DNA of 45,431 nt, counting the filler, from Catajapyx aquilonaris (Eukaryota): the NCBI GenBank assembly GCA_000934665.2. It is 2 parts of 2 records of this genome, joined end to end, with 100 filler letters (N's around TTAATTAATTAA, not from the genome) between each part and the next. Parts side by side here need not be neighbours in the genome. Positions count along the whole stretch, not along the records: positions 1 to 22,729 come from JYFJ02005839.1; 1 more part is not named here. One strand, 5' to 3'. The notes beneath the pieces were generated by a model. The model was not told where the DNA came from. It searched no databases and worked only from the letters and a program-made list of their open reading frames with translations. Of this stretch, positions 1-11,302 are shown piece by piece (the stretch's first letter is position 1; each line of letters starts with the position of its first letter). The translations under genes and the position numbers were made by a program.

Positions 1-94
1 AAATTTTTACAAACAAACACACTTCCTAAAATAGTGTATATGTACCCCTTACCAGCACCCCAACATACCCGGGCAACGCCGGGTAACCTGCTAG
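1..94 (+). mobile_element. Helitron-like element, 3' terminus
   Basis: GC hairpin CCCGGGCAACGCCGGG (68-83) followed by CTAG (91-94) then T; the same terminus occurs in reverse at 5824. Confidence 0.7.
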
Positions 95-276
95 TATATA
101 TATATATATATAAAATATAGCAGAACTCTTTGGTTACTACAGGCACTAACCAGTTATCGATTTAAGTGAATTTCATGATATTTTAAGAGGGTGGGTTAAT
201 TGGTCAAAAATGTTAGTTTTGGGGTCCCCTACCCACCTCTAAAATTTCAGCATAGGGTCTTGTTACATCCTGTATA

Positions 277-1345
277 CAGTAAAACCTGTCTATGTTGGAC
301 ACTGATTGTTCCAAGAAAATTGTCCAACATAAGGAGGTGTCCAACATATTAGGATTTCAATATCTCGGGTTTCATAGTGCAGCACAGTAATGTACGAGTA
401 AGTACTGTAATCATCCAGTAATCAACTTGCAATGTAAGTTTTCTTATTTTCGGTACAGTACAGCACAGTGTATGTGAAATTTCTGAAACGGGACTACTTT
501 TTGGTTTATAAATCGGGAACAAGTGACTTTTTAATCAGAGAAATTTAGTTTTTCTTTTGGGCAGCAAAAAAATGTCATCAATAGTAAGAGTGGCATGCCA
601 AAGCATCAAGTTCTAATTTTTTAAATGCACTCAAGGGCATCCCGATGAGGTGGTGGTTTATCGTCGTAACCAGGTTTTCCAGTGTATTCATGGCTGAAGT
701 CAAGTATGCGGGACATTCGCCGAATCAATTAAGAAACAGTACTTGCGGCTTGCCGACCCTCTGATTCGTTGTTTTGCTTCTGGGTTTGAAGTCGGGCAAG
801 TGACCAGGGACCCTGGAATTAATTCCTCAAGCTTGACCAGAATACAGATGGGATCATCGTCATCTCTCAGGTCAAATCGTAAGTTGCTAGGTTACGAACA
901 AATTGATTCGGTGAATGTCCCGTATACTTGACATTAGCCGTATTCAACTTCTGAAGATTTACTTTGTGTATCCTGCAACACTTGCTTCGGCATCTCATCT
1001 GCATTGCCACCATATTCATCCTCTGTTGTCAGGATGCTGTTGTCATACAGTTGACAATGTCACTTGAAGACATGAAGACATGCTTCACAAATTATGTATG
1101 CAGAGCTCAGCATGGGTCAGGTTTTTAGAAAAAAATTGGAATATTATGTAGAGCACATGTGAAAATGGTAGGCCCACAGCACGTGTCCAACTTAAGAGGG
1201 GGAAAAAGTGTCCAACTTCCAAGATAGACAGGTGTCCAACTTAGCAACATTACAAGGGATATGCTTTTCCAACCGTTCCAAAAATAATGTCCAATATAGG
1301 GAGGTAGCCAACTTATTAAGGTGTCCAACTTGACAGGTTTTACTG
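277..1345. mobile_element. Non-autonomous Tc1/pogo-like DNA transposon
   Basis: Terminal inverted repeats CAGTAAAACCTGTC...GTTGGACAC / GTGTCCAAC..GACAGGTTTTACTG; repeated GTGTCCAAC subterminal motifs; TA on the left flank. Confidence 0.7.
699..932. mobile_element. Small MITE-like insertion with ~32-bp inverted repeats
   Basis: GTCAAGTATGCGGGACATTCGCCGAATCAATT (699-730) is the near-perfect reverse complement of 901-932. Confidence 0.55.
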
Positions 1346-1854
1346 CACCACTGCGATAGGATCGGCGTGAGTGGGTATACATGCATGCGGCCAAGTTCAC
1401 CCCGTCTGACATGCGGGAAACGAGTTCTGCTATGAATTTTTAAATGTGTTTTTAAGGAACTGCATACATAAGCTGTAATAAATATTAACACCACTGAAAA
1501 GGTTCACCTTCATCTCCTAAAAATGGACAAGACACTTGCTTCGCAATTTCTTGATTTGCAAAATATAGTTTGCACACTATGAAAATTGGGTGGTTTCATG
1601 GGGGTGTCCTTTAACTTTTATTTCCTTGCTCACCTATGTTGGGACAGGTGGTTTTTTTTTGTCTACAGCATGCTAAGTGCTGCAATAATGGCATGACGTC
1701 ATTGAAAGCCCCATTTTTATGACACATGTTACCTTAAATATTCATTCATGACATTTTTGTAATTGTGGCCAAGTTCATCCGGCCGGCCAACGTCACCCCA
1801 TTTGACGGTACTGCTCTTACTCTAGATGGGGGAAACAAGCACATTCACACTTAC

Positions 1855-1901
1855 CCGGAGCAAAGTGACTATTTTGTCATCATCTTCCCCGGATACCGAT
1901 T
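1855..1901 (-). pseudogene. kra: BZW/kra-like exon (acidic tail ESVSGEDDD), downstream of the premature stop
   Basis: ttgcAG acceptor and GTAAGT donor; continues the ...GSEE/E frame, matching the AEEESES tail of BZW proteins. Confidence 0.55.
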
Positions 1902-1959
1902 CTGCAAGGAAACAGAACGTCACCTTTCATAATAAAAACATGTGATGGTCATGACTCAC

Positions 1960-2082
1960 CTTCTTCTGAGCCTGGTTCACCATCGATGTACGCCTTCATC
2001 TGTTGCTGAAATTACATCCTTTCCCTTTCCGGAAACTCCATGTAGTACCATGAAAGGACCATGCTCATAGAGAGAACATTAG
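1960..2082 (-). pseudogene. kra: BZW/kra-like W2-domain exon with two compensating frameshifts and in-frame TAA (2012-2014)
   Basis: tttcAG...GTGAGT; encodes NVLSMSMVLSWY / HGVSGKGKDV / FQQQMKAYID, compared with the BZW-type EVLSEE.IL.WY..H..KGK..FLEQMK.FVEWL motif. Confidence 0.7.
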
Positions 2083-2141
2083 CTGAAACAGTAGGCATAA
2101 ATTCAAACACTGAACATTGGTTAAAACTGCAGAGGTCTTAC

Positions 2142-2361
2142 TAATGTGAAGCAGGCACAACATTTCTTTGAACATTGCCACAAAATATCTGTTGGAGTAG
2201 TAGTAGTAAATAAATTCAAGGATCAGCGTTTCTTCTGAACAAGGACTCTTCACAAAAGCTTCAAAAATGGGACTGTACTTCACCACTTGCTCCAGGGCTT
2301 GATCAGCTGCAACTTTCTCATCCTCGCTCCACTCAACTCCTGCCATAACAGAACCCCAAAT
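2142..2361 (-). CDS. kra: BZW/kra (5MP/eIF5C)-like W2-domain exon
   Basis: IWGSVMAGVEWSEDEKVAADQALEQVVKYSPIFEAFVKSPCSEETLILEF.YYYSNRYF matches BZW IWSSVM..VEWNKKE..VAEQA.KHLK.YSPLLAAF....SELTL; AG/GTAAG boundaries with phase continuity. Confidence 0.85.
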
Positions 2362-2710
2362 CTGAAAGTGACACCATAATGTAGTATGGCAAATGTGTGA
2401 AAAATTTGCATACTGAATAAATCATTGTTGGCACTGACCTCCCCTTTGACCAGTGCCACAGAATTTTCAACACGAACTCCAGAAGCCTATTTTAAGTAAT
2501 TTCACATACATGCAATCTTACGTAAATCAGCAGTTGAGAATTTAGGCGGCACCCACGTTTTAGTTACATTTGTATTGTTAACTAAAACGAGCATTTCATG
2601 ATATAAACATATGAAGACACTTGGTTGCCAATCATGCCCATTTGAAGGGACATCAACCATGAGGTATTGCTTGAGATTTACTTCGTGTTTCACAAGTCAG
2701 CTCCCATCTA

Positions 2711-3618
2711 CCTTACCCAAATCCTGAAGTCTACTCGTGCCCCAAAAAAGTGGAGGGGTGGGGTAGTAAACAAAATGTGATAAAAAATCTCCGTTAAGAT
2801 TATCTGGACTTTCGAATTGATAACTATTAATCGTAACAATGGAGCTAGGATGGCCCCAAAGTTAAAGTTAATTTGACAGTTAACAACTGAAACAAATATG
2901 ATTACACTTTGGACAGTGAATTTCTGTTGGGTCTGGTAATAATGTTACGTAGTAGGACATTAATTTTAATGATGACCCTGAGGGGCCACACAAACCCAAA
3001 GACCGCATTGAAATTAATTACAAAAAGTTGTCACTGAATGTAAAATGTTTATATATCGTGATGTTTTCAGAAATTGCAACACTTTGCTGAACTACATTTA
3101 ACATTGTTATTTATTAATAAATTAAAATGTGATGACATTGAGTATTTGGACTTCAGTCAAATGTGCTACGATAAAAATTTCACTTCAATTAATGTGAAAT
3201 GGCTTTAAATATCCCTTCATTCAAAAATGTGGGAATAATTTTATTTCAGCAAGTCATGAAAAACGTTTTAAAATTCTGTGACATTTTTTGTAATCAATTT
3301 CACTGCAGTATTTGGGTTTGTGTGGCCCTTAAGGTTCATTAAAATTAATGTCCTGCTACGTAACAAATTAACATAGCGACAGCAATTATTACCAGACCCC
3401 ACAGAAATTCCCTGTCCAAAGTGTCATCATATTTGTTTTAGTTGTTCACTGTCAAATTAACTTTAACTTTGGTGCCATCCTAGCTCCATTGTTACGATTA
3501 ATAATTATTAATTCTAAAGTCCAGATAATCTTCACGGAGATTTTTTTATCACATTTTGTTTACTACCCCACCACTCCACTTTTTTGGGGCGCACATAGAC
3601 TACGGGATTTGGGTAAGG
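2711..3618. mobile_element. Foldback/MITE with ~340-bp inverted arms
   Basis: 2711-~3050 is the reverse complement of ~3262-3618 (CCTTACCCAAATCC... / ...GGATTTGGGTAAGG); TA on both flanks. Confidence 0.8.
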
Positions 3619-3780
3619 TATATAATCAGTAAAAATCTCATAATGTTAATTTACACTTGCTCCAGTTACCTCTCCAAGTGTGGCTCAGCAAGTCATACAA
3701 CATGAAATACATCTGGCCACCAGCATAATCACTGGTCCAAAACAAATGGGGGAGAAATGAGACCAACAGGTTATGATATA

Positions 3781-4308
3781 CAGGGTGTTTCAGAGCTATC
3801 TTTACAAACTTCTACGGGTAATAGAGGGGACCAAGGCAAACATATTTCACATAGGAACCCGTGTCCGGAAACGCCATCTGGAGGGGGTTCATAGACAAGG
3901 AACGGATGCGCTCAGATGCGTCAGGCGGACGCATTAGCGAGCGGACCATTTAGTTGCTATGTGGCGCGCGGATTGTACACAACTTCGCAATTCACAATAA
4001 CCTGGCAACAACAGAGCCACCTAACAACTAAAGTCAGCATGCTAGGTAGCGTGCAGATAATAAACAACAACTCTGTTGTTGCCAGGTTATGGCGAATTGC
4101 TGAGTTGTGTACAATCTGTGCGCCACCTAGCAACTAAACTGTCCGCTCGCTAATACCGCCCGCCTGACGCTTCTGAGCACACCCGTTCCTCGTCTATGAA
4201 CCCCCTCTAGATGGCGTTTCCGGACACGGGTTCCTATGTGAAATATGTTTGTCTTGATCCCCTCTATTACCCCTAGAAGTTTGTAAAAAATAGCTCTGAA
4301 ACACCCTG
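3781..4308. mobile_element. Tc1/mariner-type MITE, nearly fully palindromic
   Basis: TA|CAGGGTGTTTCAGAGCTA...TAGCTCTGAAACACCCTG|TA; arms >200 bp. Confidence 0.9.
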
Positions 4309-4440
4309 TATACAATAAGAAATACATGCCTTCTCTAGTCAAAGACAGAAATCCATATGGCAGCTGTTGGCAGACAGAATAACCCACGTACATTCAGTGG
4401 TTGACTACGAGAGAGATATGGTCGCCATAAAACCGCACGT

Positions 4441-4660
4441 CAGGCCTTCCCAATATTTTCCCTTGGTGATCCCAGAAAATCATCTCGTAAAATTCGTGAC
4501 CCCTAATTTCCAATTCTATCCCCCTCAGCAGTAGTCAATGACAATAGTTGCTAAATTAACACATCTTGTCATTTACAGGCACAATTTTCCAGAGAGATAG
4601 AATCATTTTGTGAAAATAATTTTTTACCCTCCCTTGCGACCCACAGTTTGGGAAGCCCTG
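4441..4660. mobile_element. hAT-type MITE
   Basis: TIR CAGGCCTTCCCAA / TTGGGAAGCCCTG; degenerate 8-bp TSD ccgcacgt/ccgtaagt. Confidence 0.7.
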
Positions 4661-5376
4661 CCGTAAGTACTGCGGCTGAGGCAACATTATAAAAATTGTC
4701 TCCTTATGAAAAGTAATAGTATAGCCATATTCATACACAGCTCCCTAGTAAAACAAGTCTGCATGATGTTCACAGGCTGTTCTGGCTGCAGCCACTCGCA
4801 ATGTCTGCTGTCACGTATGTCTAAGGCAGGCATTGTTTTTTTTAGAAATGATTCTAGTCATCTAGGTCATTACCAATGTTTATATCATTCAACATTTCTC
4901 ACCCCTATATTTTGGGACTTGTTTTGGGCCAATGAGTAAGCTTCCAGCCAGATGCTCCACTAGTAAGAAACACACTGAATACACTGTTGGAAAGCACATT
5001 CAAATGGGCTTTCCAATAGCACAATTGAAGAGCTCGGGTGCAAAAGTGCCGAAGTCCATTTTCGTGAAATTTGAGATAGCAACACCATGCAGTCAATGAG
5101 GCGGCCCTTTACAAGTTGGTGTAAAATTCATACACAAAATCGCATAAGTCTCGTAGGTATTAACTTTGAAAAACATCAATTAGCGGAAAAAGCGCCTACG
5201 TCAAGCAGGACTTCATTTGAAAAATCACCAAGTCCTTAAGAACCAATCTGGAGCAGAGATGAGGTCACGTGACAAAATGGCAACCTCCGTGCCGGAAAAG
5301 CTGCAAAATATTTTAGAAGGCGATTACCTGTTTCTGAACATTGCAACAGTGAATCACATGATGGCTGAGTTAAATA

Positions 5377-5801
5377 CAGGGTGTCACACAAGTCCGGAAG
5401 CATAGGTAATTTGAGAGGACTGTTGGTTTCTAGTTGTGCCAACTAGTGGTTTTTATTTCATTTCATTTCATTTATTTTACATACCCCATTATGACCCAAG
5501 GGGGGGGGGGGGGGGTCTTTAGGGAGCACTCAGGCAACTAGCAGTTTGATGACAGTAAGTTAAGGTTGACTTGGCACAGTTAGCATTTTCAGTTGGCACA
5601 ACTGGACACCAACAGTGCAATTCAATTACCTATGGGTCCAGACTCGAGAGCCTTAAAGAAGAGAGTTGCCAACTTGTTATGTAATGTTATCTCTGATTCG
5701 CTGGAGTAATTATTACTCCAGTGAATCAGAGATGACCTTACATAACAAGTTGGGGACTCTCTTCATTAAGGCTCTCTAGTCCAGACTTGTGGGACACCCT
5801 G
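5377..5801. mobile_element. Tc1/mariner-type MITE containing two internal hairpin modules
   Basis: TA|CAGGGTGTCACACAAGTC...GACTTGTGGGACACCCTG|TA; internal inverted repeats 5401-5445/5590-5635 and ~5647-5777. Confidence 0.8.
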
Positions 5802-5823
5802 TATTGTAAGCTTTATTAATAAA

Positions 5824-6401
5824 CTAGCTGCGATACCCAGCGTTGCCCGGGAATAAATGAATGAAGGGATAACACCTACCTGTAGCCCCGTAAAAATTTT
5901 CACGCACAGAGACCCGCCATGACACTTTTAAGAAGGCTACAAGGTCTGGACACTCCCACCTACCCCCTGCCGGGGCGTTTTGTAGGAGGTGCTCACCTGA
6001 GAGCACCATGAGACCTGTCACGGAGCTATTATGTGGCGACCCTACCGGATTACGCTGACCTTTATAGGTACAAAAAGGGAAGCGCGACATTGGGGACCCA
6101 ACATGGTCGGGCGGACATGTTGGGCCCCCATGTAGGGCTTCCCTTTTGTACCTATAAAGTTCAGCGTAGTCTGGTAGGGTCGCCACATAAATGCTCCGTG
6201 AAAGGTCTCATGGCGCTCTCAGGTAAGCACCTCCTGCAAAACGCCCCGGCAGGCGATAAGATGAGAACGTAGAGGTAGTGTCCGGGGGCTGGCCAGGTCG
6301 GAAGGACGGGAGAGGTTGGAGGTGCAGGAAGCGGACCACAAATGGCAGGCGAATGAGATGGTTGGTGTGCCGGATGGGCGGACGGACAGACGGACAGACA
6401 G

Positions 6402-6454
<53 letters not shown>

Positions 6455-6690
6455 ATCACATCCATCTTTATTGATAGAAAATAGATAGATTAGGAAGGCT
6501 GGGAGAGGTTGGAGGTGTTGCAGATGGACCACAGACGGCAGGCAAATGAGGGTTGGGGTTATACAGGTGGGAGAGGTTGAAGGTGTTGGAGTATAGGTCC
6601 ACAGATGGCATTGGTGGGCGGACAGACAGACAGATGGAAAGACAGACAGAAAGACAGACAGACTCACATCTCTCTTTATTGATACAGACA
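5824..6690 (-). mobile_element. Non-autonomous Helitron (DINE/Lep1-like) with (CTGT)n microsatellites
   Basis: 3' end hairpin + CTAG at 5824-5851 (minus strand); duplicated 5' segments TCTAT...TCAATAAAGA..GATGTG followed by (CTGT)n at ~6385-6490 and ~6620-6690. Confidence 0.7.
5966..6253. repeat. Palindromic element inside the Helitron (family shared with 10861-11302)
   Basis: CCTGCCGGGGCGTTTTG...AAGGGAAGC mirrored by GCTTCCCTTTT...CAAAACGCCCCGGCAGG. Confidence 0.75.
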
Positions 6691-6792
6691 GATTGATAGG
6701 AAATGTGAGTTAGTCATTATTCCGCAGCAAAATCCACATGATATCATGTTTATTGTGTCAATACTACTTGTACTATGAAGTAAGGCAATTTT

Positions 6793-7047
6793 ACGGGCGA
6801 CACGGTGGCGGAGTGGTTAGCGCCACAGCCTTCCACCTCTAAGGTCCCGAGTTCGACCCCCAGATCGGGCAGAGGATACTTATGTGGATAGAGTTTCGAT
6901 GGGTTCTCTCCGTGTTCGCGTGGGTTTTCTCGGGGTTCTCCCATTTCCTCCCACTATCAAAATCCATCACATTACAGGCAAATGATTCAAGTCTGTGAAT
7001 TAAAAGATGATCCCCTAAAAAGCCCAAGGAGGCTTATCATTATTATT
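6793..7047 (+). mobile_element. tRNA-derived SINE with V-domain-like core
   Basis: A box TGGCGGAGTGG, B box GTTCGACCC, core TTCTCTCCGTGTTCGCGTGGGTTTTCTC...TTTCCTCCCAC, (ATT)n tail; 15-bp TSD AAGTAAGGCAATTTT (6778-6792/7048-7062). Confidence 0.9.
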
Positions 7048-7408
7048 AAGTAAGGCAATTTTTTGCTAAACAGCCAATGTCCAAATGGTTAAATCTCATT
7101 ATCTCTAAAACTGCTGCGACTAGATTTCCTGCACTATTGTCAGTGGAAGGCCACGGATCATATCAATTACCGAAGTAATAAAGAAGTTACTAATTCTAGC
7201 TAGTATGGACACATTGCTCTCTTGCCCTCTCGTGAGAAATGAAGAAAATGGACTTAAGCATTTTTGCAAACGAGCTCTTCAATTCCACACCAAACTTGAA
7301 GTTGAGTATTACATGGTAGGCTAAAGCATATGCAAAATTCCCACCAATATGAACGAGAGGTCAACACTGAAACACATGGTATTCACAATAATCAATAACC
7401 CTGCCATC

Positions 7409-7774
7409 GCACGGGAAGGTGCGGTGGCCGAGATGGGACCTTTAGCTCAGCAAGCCAAGACGTTACGTCTTGGCTTGCTGAGCTAAAGGTCCCAGCTTCG
7501 ATCCCAACCTGGCAGCTCCCTTTCGCCTGCATCAGGAGGGTTTCTGACCCGCGCCTTGGAGGTGTCTGGCAACCTAACTTAACCTGGGCACATGGCCCAG
7601 TTTGAGACATTGCACTTGCACCCGTGTCCCCTCCACAAAAAATCCCCATTCCCTTCCCCATTTCCGTTTCTCCCCTGCATGGTGGTAAATGAAAAATCCA
7701 CAAAATTGAGATGAAAAATGGTTGTATTCCACCCCCCTATGGGGCAAGTAAAAATAAAAATAAGAAAAAATAAA
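7409..7774 (+). mobile_element. tRNA-derived SINE with an internal perfect palindrome
   Basis: A box TGGCCGAGATGG, B-box variant GCTTCGATCCC, A-rich tail; 15-bp TSD AATAACCCTGCCATC (7394-7408/7775-7789). Confidence 0.85.
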
Positions 7775-7977
7775 AATAACCCTGCCATCAGCTATAATAC
7801 ATCTCAGGTTGAGTGAAAACTGTAACTGATATTGGGTCAGGCATTGCCAAATGGAATCTGTTGCATTTTAATTTAACTACCCAAAAGGTGGTGTAAACAA
7901 ACCAGTCCCTTCTCCAAACTTTTTCCCCCACCCACCCTGTACAAACCTTGAACAACACCTACATCTGCAACACTTAC

Positions 7978-8173
7978 TGTCTTCACAATTTCAGGCTCAG
8001 GAATCGCGTGATTGGATGAGTATTCCCTGACATTGCTCTCAATCTCCATTACAGGTTGCCCTTCTTGGATTGCTTTTACCAAATAGTTATGGAGACATTT
8101 CATCCTCAGGAGTCTCTGCTCATTCTGGAATCGGACGATTTCAACTGAATCCTGTCGTTCGGATACTTTTAAG
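7978..8173 (-). CDS. kra: BZW/kra-like exon preceding the W2 core
   Basis: ttctccacAG...GTAAGT; EIVRFQNEQ...LHNYLVKAIQEGQPVMEIESNVREYSSNHAIPEPEIVKT matches the Kra-type EIVK..AQ...LQQ.L...I....P..EI..D.K.F.....IP..EI..; splices in phase 0 to IWGSVM. Confidence 0.8.
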
Positions 8174-8383
8174 CTGTGGAGAAAATATAATATACATGTT
8201 CATGCTGCATTACAATATTACACCAATGATAATTACAAAATGGACATCCTATGGACCTCTGAAGATCATCTTTTATGGCCTCTCCACCTTGTGGAAGGTG
8301 GTGTGGGTGTGGTGCCGTGGCCCGCTAACCACTAATGGGCACTTACGAACATTATTTATTTATTTTAAAACTATTGAATTATA

Positions 8384-8612
8384 CAGGGTGTTTGAGCTAT
8401 CTTTAGAAACTTCTACGGGTAATAGAGGGGACCAAGACAAACATATTTCATATAGGAATCCGTGTCCGGAAACGCCATCTAGAGGGGGTTCATAGACAAG
8501 GAATGGGTGTGCTCAATCGCATTTCCGGACACTGGTTCCTATATAAAATATGTCTGTCTTGGTCCCCTCTACTACCCCTAGAAGTTTCTAAAGATAGCTC
8601 GGAAACACCCTG
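8384..8612. mobile_element. Internally deleted copy of the 3781-4308 MITE
   Basis: Same CAGGGTGTTT..AGCTATCTTTA TIRs and TA flanks. Confidence 0.85.
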
Positions 8613-8727
8613 TATTTTGCACTAATTTTAGGGTGGAATCTCTTGAGGAGGTTTGGGGGCAACTCTGTATGCCAAAATTTGCTGGCCAACATAAATTTGT
8701 GTGTGGGTGTGTGTGTGGGTGTGTTCA

Positions 8728-9071
8728 TGTCTTCAATAAGGTCTGGGGACGTAGGTCTGTGTTTCTACTGAAGCTGTGGGGACTAGTCCGCATTGTGGGG
8801 ACATTTCTCGGTCCCCACAGTGTGTGTGACGTGTGTGTGACGTGTGTGACACACTGTGTACTATTAGAGTGGGGACATGTGTAAATTAGTGGGGACATGT
8901 CCCCACTATTTTCAGTTGTAGGGTTTCACAAAAGTCAATTTTTCTCAGCCTAGGTTAGTTAGTAAGTGTAGGTTAGGGTAGGGTAGGTTAGGTTAGATTA
9001 GGTTAGGTAAGGTTAGTTTACACTCGCTTCGAAAAGTTGAATTTTCACGTCCCCACGCCTTAGTGAAGACA
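8728..9071. mobile_element. TIR element in a TG microsatellite carrying a (TTAGG)-like tract
   Basis: TIR TGTCTTCAATAAGGTCTGGGGACG / CGTCCCCACGCCTTAGTGAAGACA; repeated GGGGAC motifs; second copy at 12236-12577. Confidence 0.7.
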
Positions 9072-9111
9072 AGGCTGTGTGTGTGTGTGTGTGTGATGTG
9101 TGGTCAGACAT

Positions 9112-9365
9112 TGCTATCCTTGTGAGGATATTTTTCGCAAGTTTCCTATCCTTGTGAGGACCGAAAACCTTACGAGGACTTTTTTCAGGCCCTCATAACG
9201 TACACAGTCCTCACAAGGATGGCAGAAAATCAAACCAAGACCTCCTTTTTACTGTGAAAAAATAGGTCACCAAAATTTCGTGTGTATTTTGTAGGTTAGG
9301 TTAGGTTAGGTTAGGTTAGGTTAGTTTTAAATTTTTATTTTTGCCAGACCCTCACAAGGATAGCA
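9112..9365. mobile_element. Second TIR element family in a TG microsatellite with (TTAGG)n
   Basis: TIR TGCTATCCTTGTGAGG / CCTCACAAGGATAGCA; (TTAGG) run ~9293-9323. Confidence 0.65.
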
Positions 9366-9378
9366 CTTTATAACATGC

Positions 9379-9409
<31 letters not shown>

Positions 9410-9837
9410 GTTTTTTTAAAATTTCTTGGGGGGGGGGGAAGTTTTTTTTCCATTGGCTGCAAAAAGATGATGTCATTCAAGTTACTCTGGTTACTGGCTT
9501 ATTTATGCAAGATTTTGTAGGCCAAAATTCGCGATTTTTTTGCCTGAGAGGAAATTTTAAAAGCCACACAGAAACCACATTACATAGTGAGAAAACGGTA
9601 TAGTTTCGCCAGCAGAATTTTTTAAAGCCAGTGTATCAGCATATGATAGCCCGTCTTATTAGGGTTAACCCTTTGATGGTGGGTTTTTTTGGGCTGTTTT
9701 TTATTTTCTTGACCAAAATTTGTAGTAGGAGTGATATTCATTAAAAACAATATGCTCCAACATTTATCATTTTAACTCGTGGTGGTCCTTTTGAATGCAA
9801 AATGCAGGAAAAATTCATCTACGGGTGTTCCAGAAAA

Positions 9838-10623
9838 AAAGGAGGAGGCACAAAATATATGGGCGAGTGGCCTTCCGTTCGATTTGCCTGAAAATTGGAT
9901 ATGTCGTAGCCCAGACCATCCTGATCAATGTTAGATGGGGACATTTCGAGGTATGACCTACAGGGAGCGTGCTATTGACCTCCGAAGGTCATATGGGATA
10001 TGATCTGGTTTTCCGTTCGATTTGGCTGAAAATAAGATATGTTGCAGCCCAGACCATCCTGATCAATGTTTGATAGGGACATCTCGAGGTAGGGCCTACA
10101 TGGAGCATGCTAATGACCTCCGCAGGTAATAGGGGAGTAGAGACTACAATAAGTCTCAGGAACTCAATGGTTATTGCATTAAATTATTATCTATTAATCT
10201 TTATTACCTATTCATCTGGTTCAAATTCTACTCCTTGAAGGTTGCCATCTGGAGTTTCCTCCAGCTGCACTTCAACATTCATTGGGTCAATGTAAGGAAG
10301 CGAGGTTTCTCTCACAGCAGTCTTCTAGCCTCTTCGATGAATAGCAATTAGCATGCTCCCTGTAGGTCCTACCTTGAAATGTCCCTATCCAACATTGATC
10401 AGGATGGTCTGGGCTGCAACATATCTTATTTTCAGCCAAATCGAACGGAAAACCAAATCATATCCCATATGACCTTCGGAGGTCAATAGCATGCTCCCTG
10501 TAGGTCCTACCTCGAAATGTCCCTATCTAACATTGATCAGGATGGTCTGGGCTACAACATATCCCATTTTCAGGCAAATTGAATGGAAGGCCACTTGCCC
10601 ATATATTTTGTGCCTCCTCCTTT
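9838..10623. mobile_element. Foldback element with ~280-bp arms containing a ~140-bp internal duplication
   Basis: AAAGGAGGAGGCACAAAATATATGGGC... mirrored at ...GCCCATATATTTTGTGCCTCCTCCTTT. Confidence 0.8.
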
Positions 10624-10860
10624 AAAGTGCAATTAACTTTAAATCTAATTAAAATAATTTAAAATTTTAAAGTCACTATAAAATTGTTACTACGGATACA
10701 AATTAATCCTAAAACACTGTACTATGAGAAATTCCTAAGAGTCCAGACTTACAGGACACCCTGTTCTGATGGCGTGGGAGGGGGTATTTTTAGCTCACAC
10801 TGGAAGTCAGAAAAACTGATTACCATACGCCACCCCCCAGACACTCCCCCTATAATCAGT

Positions 10861-11302
10861 TCTTATCGCCTGACGGGGCATTCTGCTGGAGGTGCTCACT
10901 TGAGAGCACCTGTCTCTGATACAAATACATGTGGAGACCCTATCGGACCGCACTGAACTTAGGTTGAAGAGAAGTGTCGGTCAAAATTAAGAATCTCATA
11001 TGAGTAATCCGAGTAACACTCGTATGAGATTCTTAATTTTGACCAATGATGAGAGTGCCTTTCACTGATGTAAACACATGTGGCGACCCTACCAGACCGC
11101 GCTGAACTTAGGAAGAAGGGAAGAGTCAGTCAAAATTAAGAATCTCATACGAGTGTTACTCGTATGAGATTCTTAATTTTGACTGACACTTCACTTCTAC
11201 CTAAGTTCAGCGCAGTCCAGTAGGGTCGCCACATGTATTGACATCAGAGACAGGCGCTGTCAAGTGAGCACCTCCCGCAAAATGCCCTGTCAGGCGATAA
11301 GA
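10861..11302. repeat. Palindromic element related to 5966-6253, with a duplicated inner hairpin
   Basis: TCTTATCGCCTGAC...GTCAGGCGATAAGA; inner palindrome CAAAATTAAGAATCTCAT...ATGAGATTCTTAATTTTG occurs twice. Confidence 0.75.

Noticed and set aside
935..1075. Candidate terminal exon of the BZW-like gene
   Set aside because: Lies inside the 277-1345 transposon and has no BZW similarity
6161..6667. 168-aa ORF rich in SVCL repeats
   Set aside because: Product of the (CTGT)n microsatellite in a Helitron
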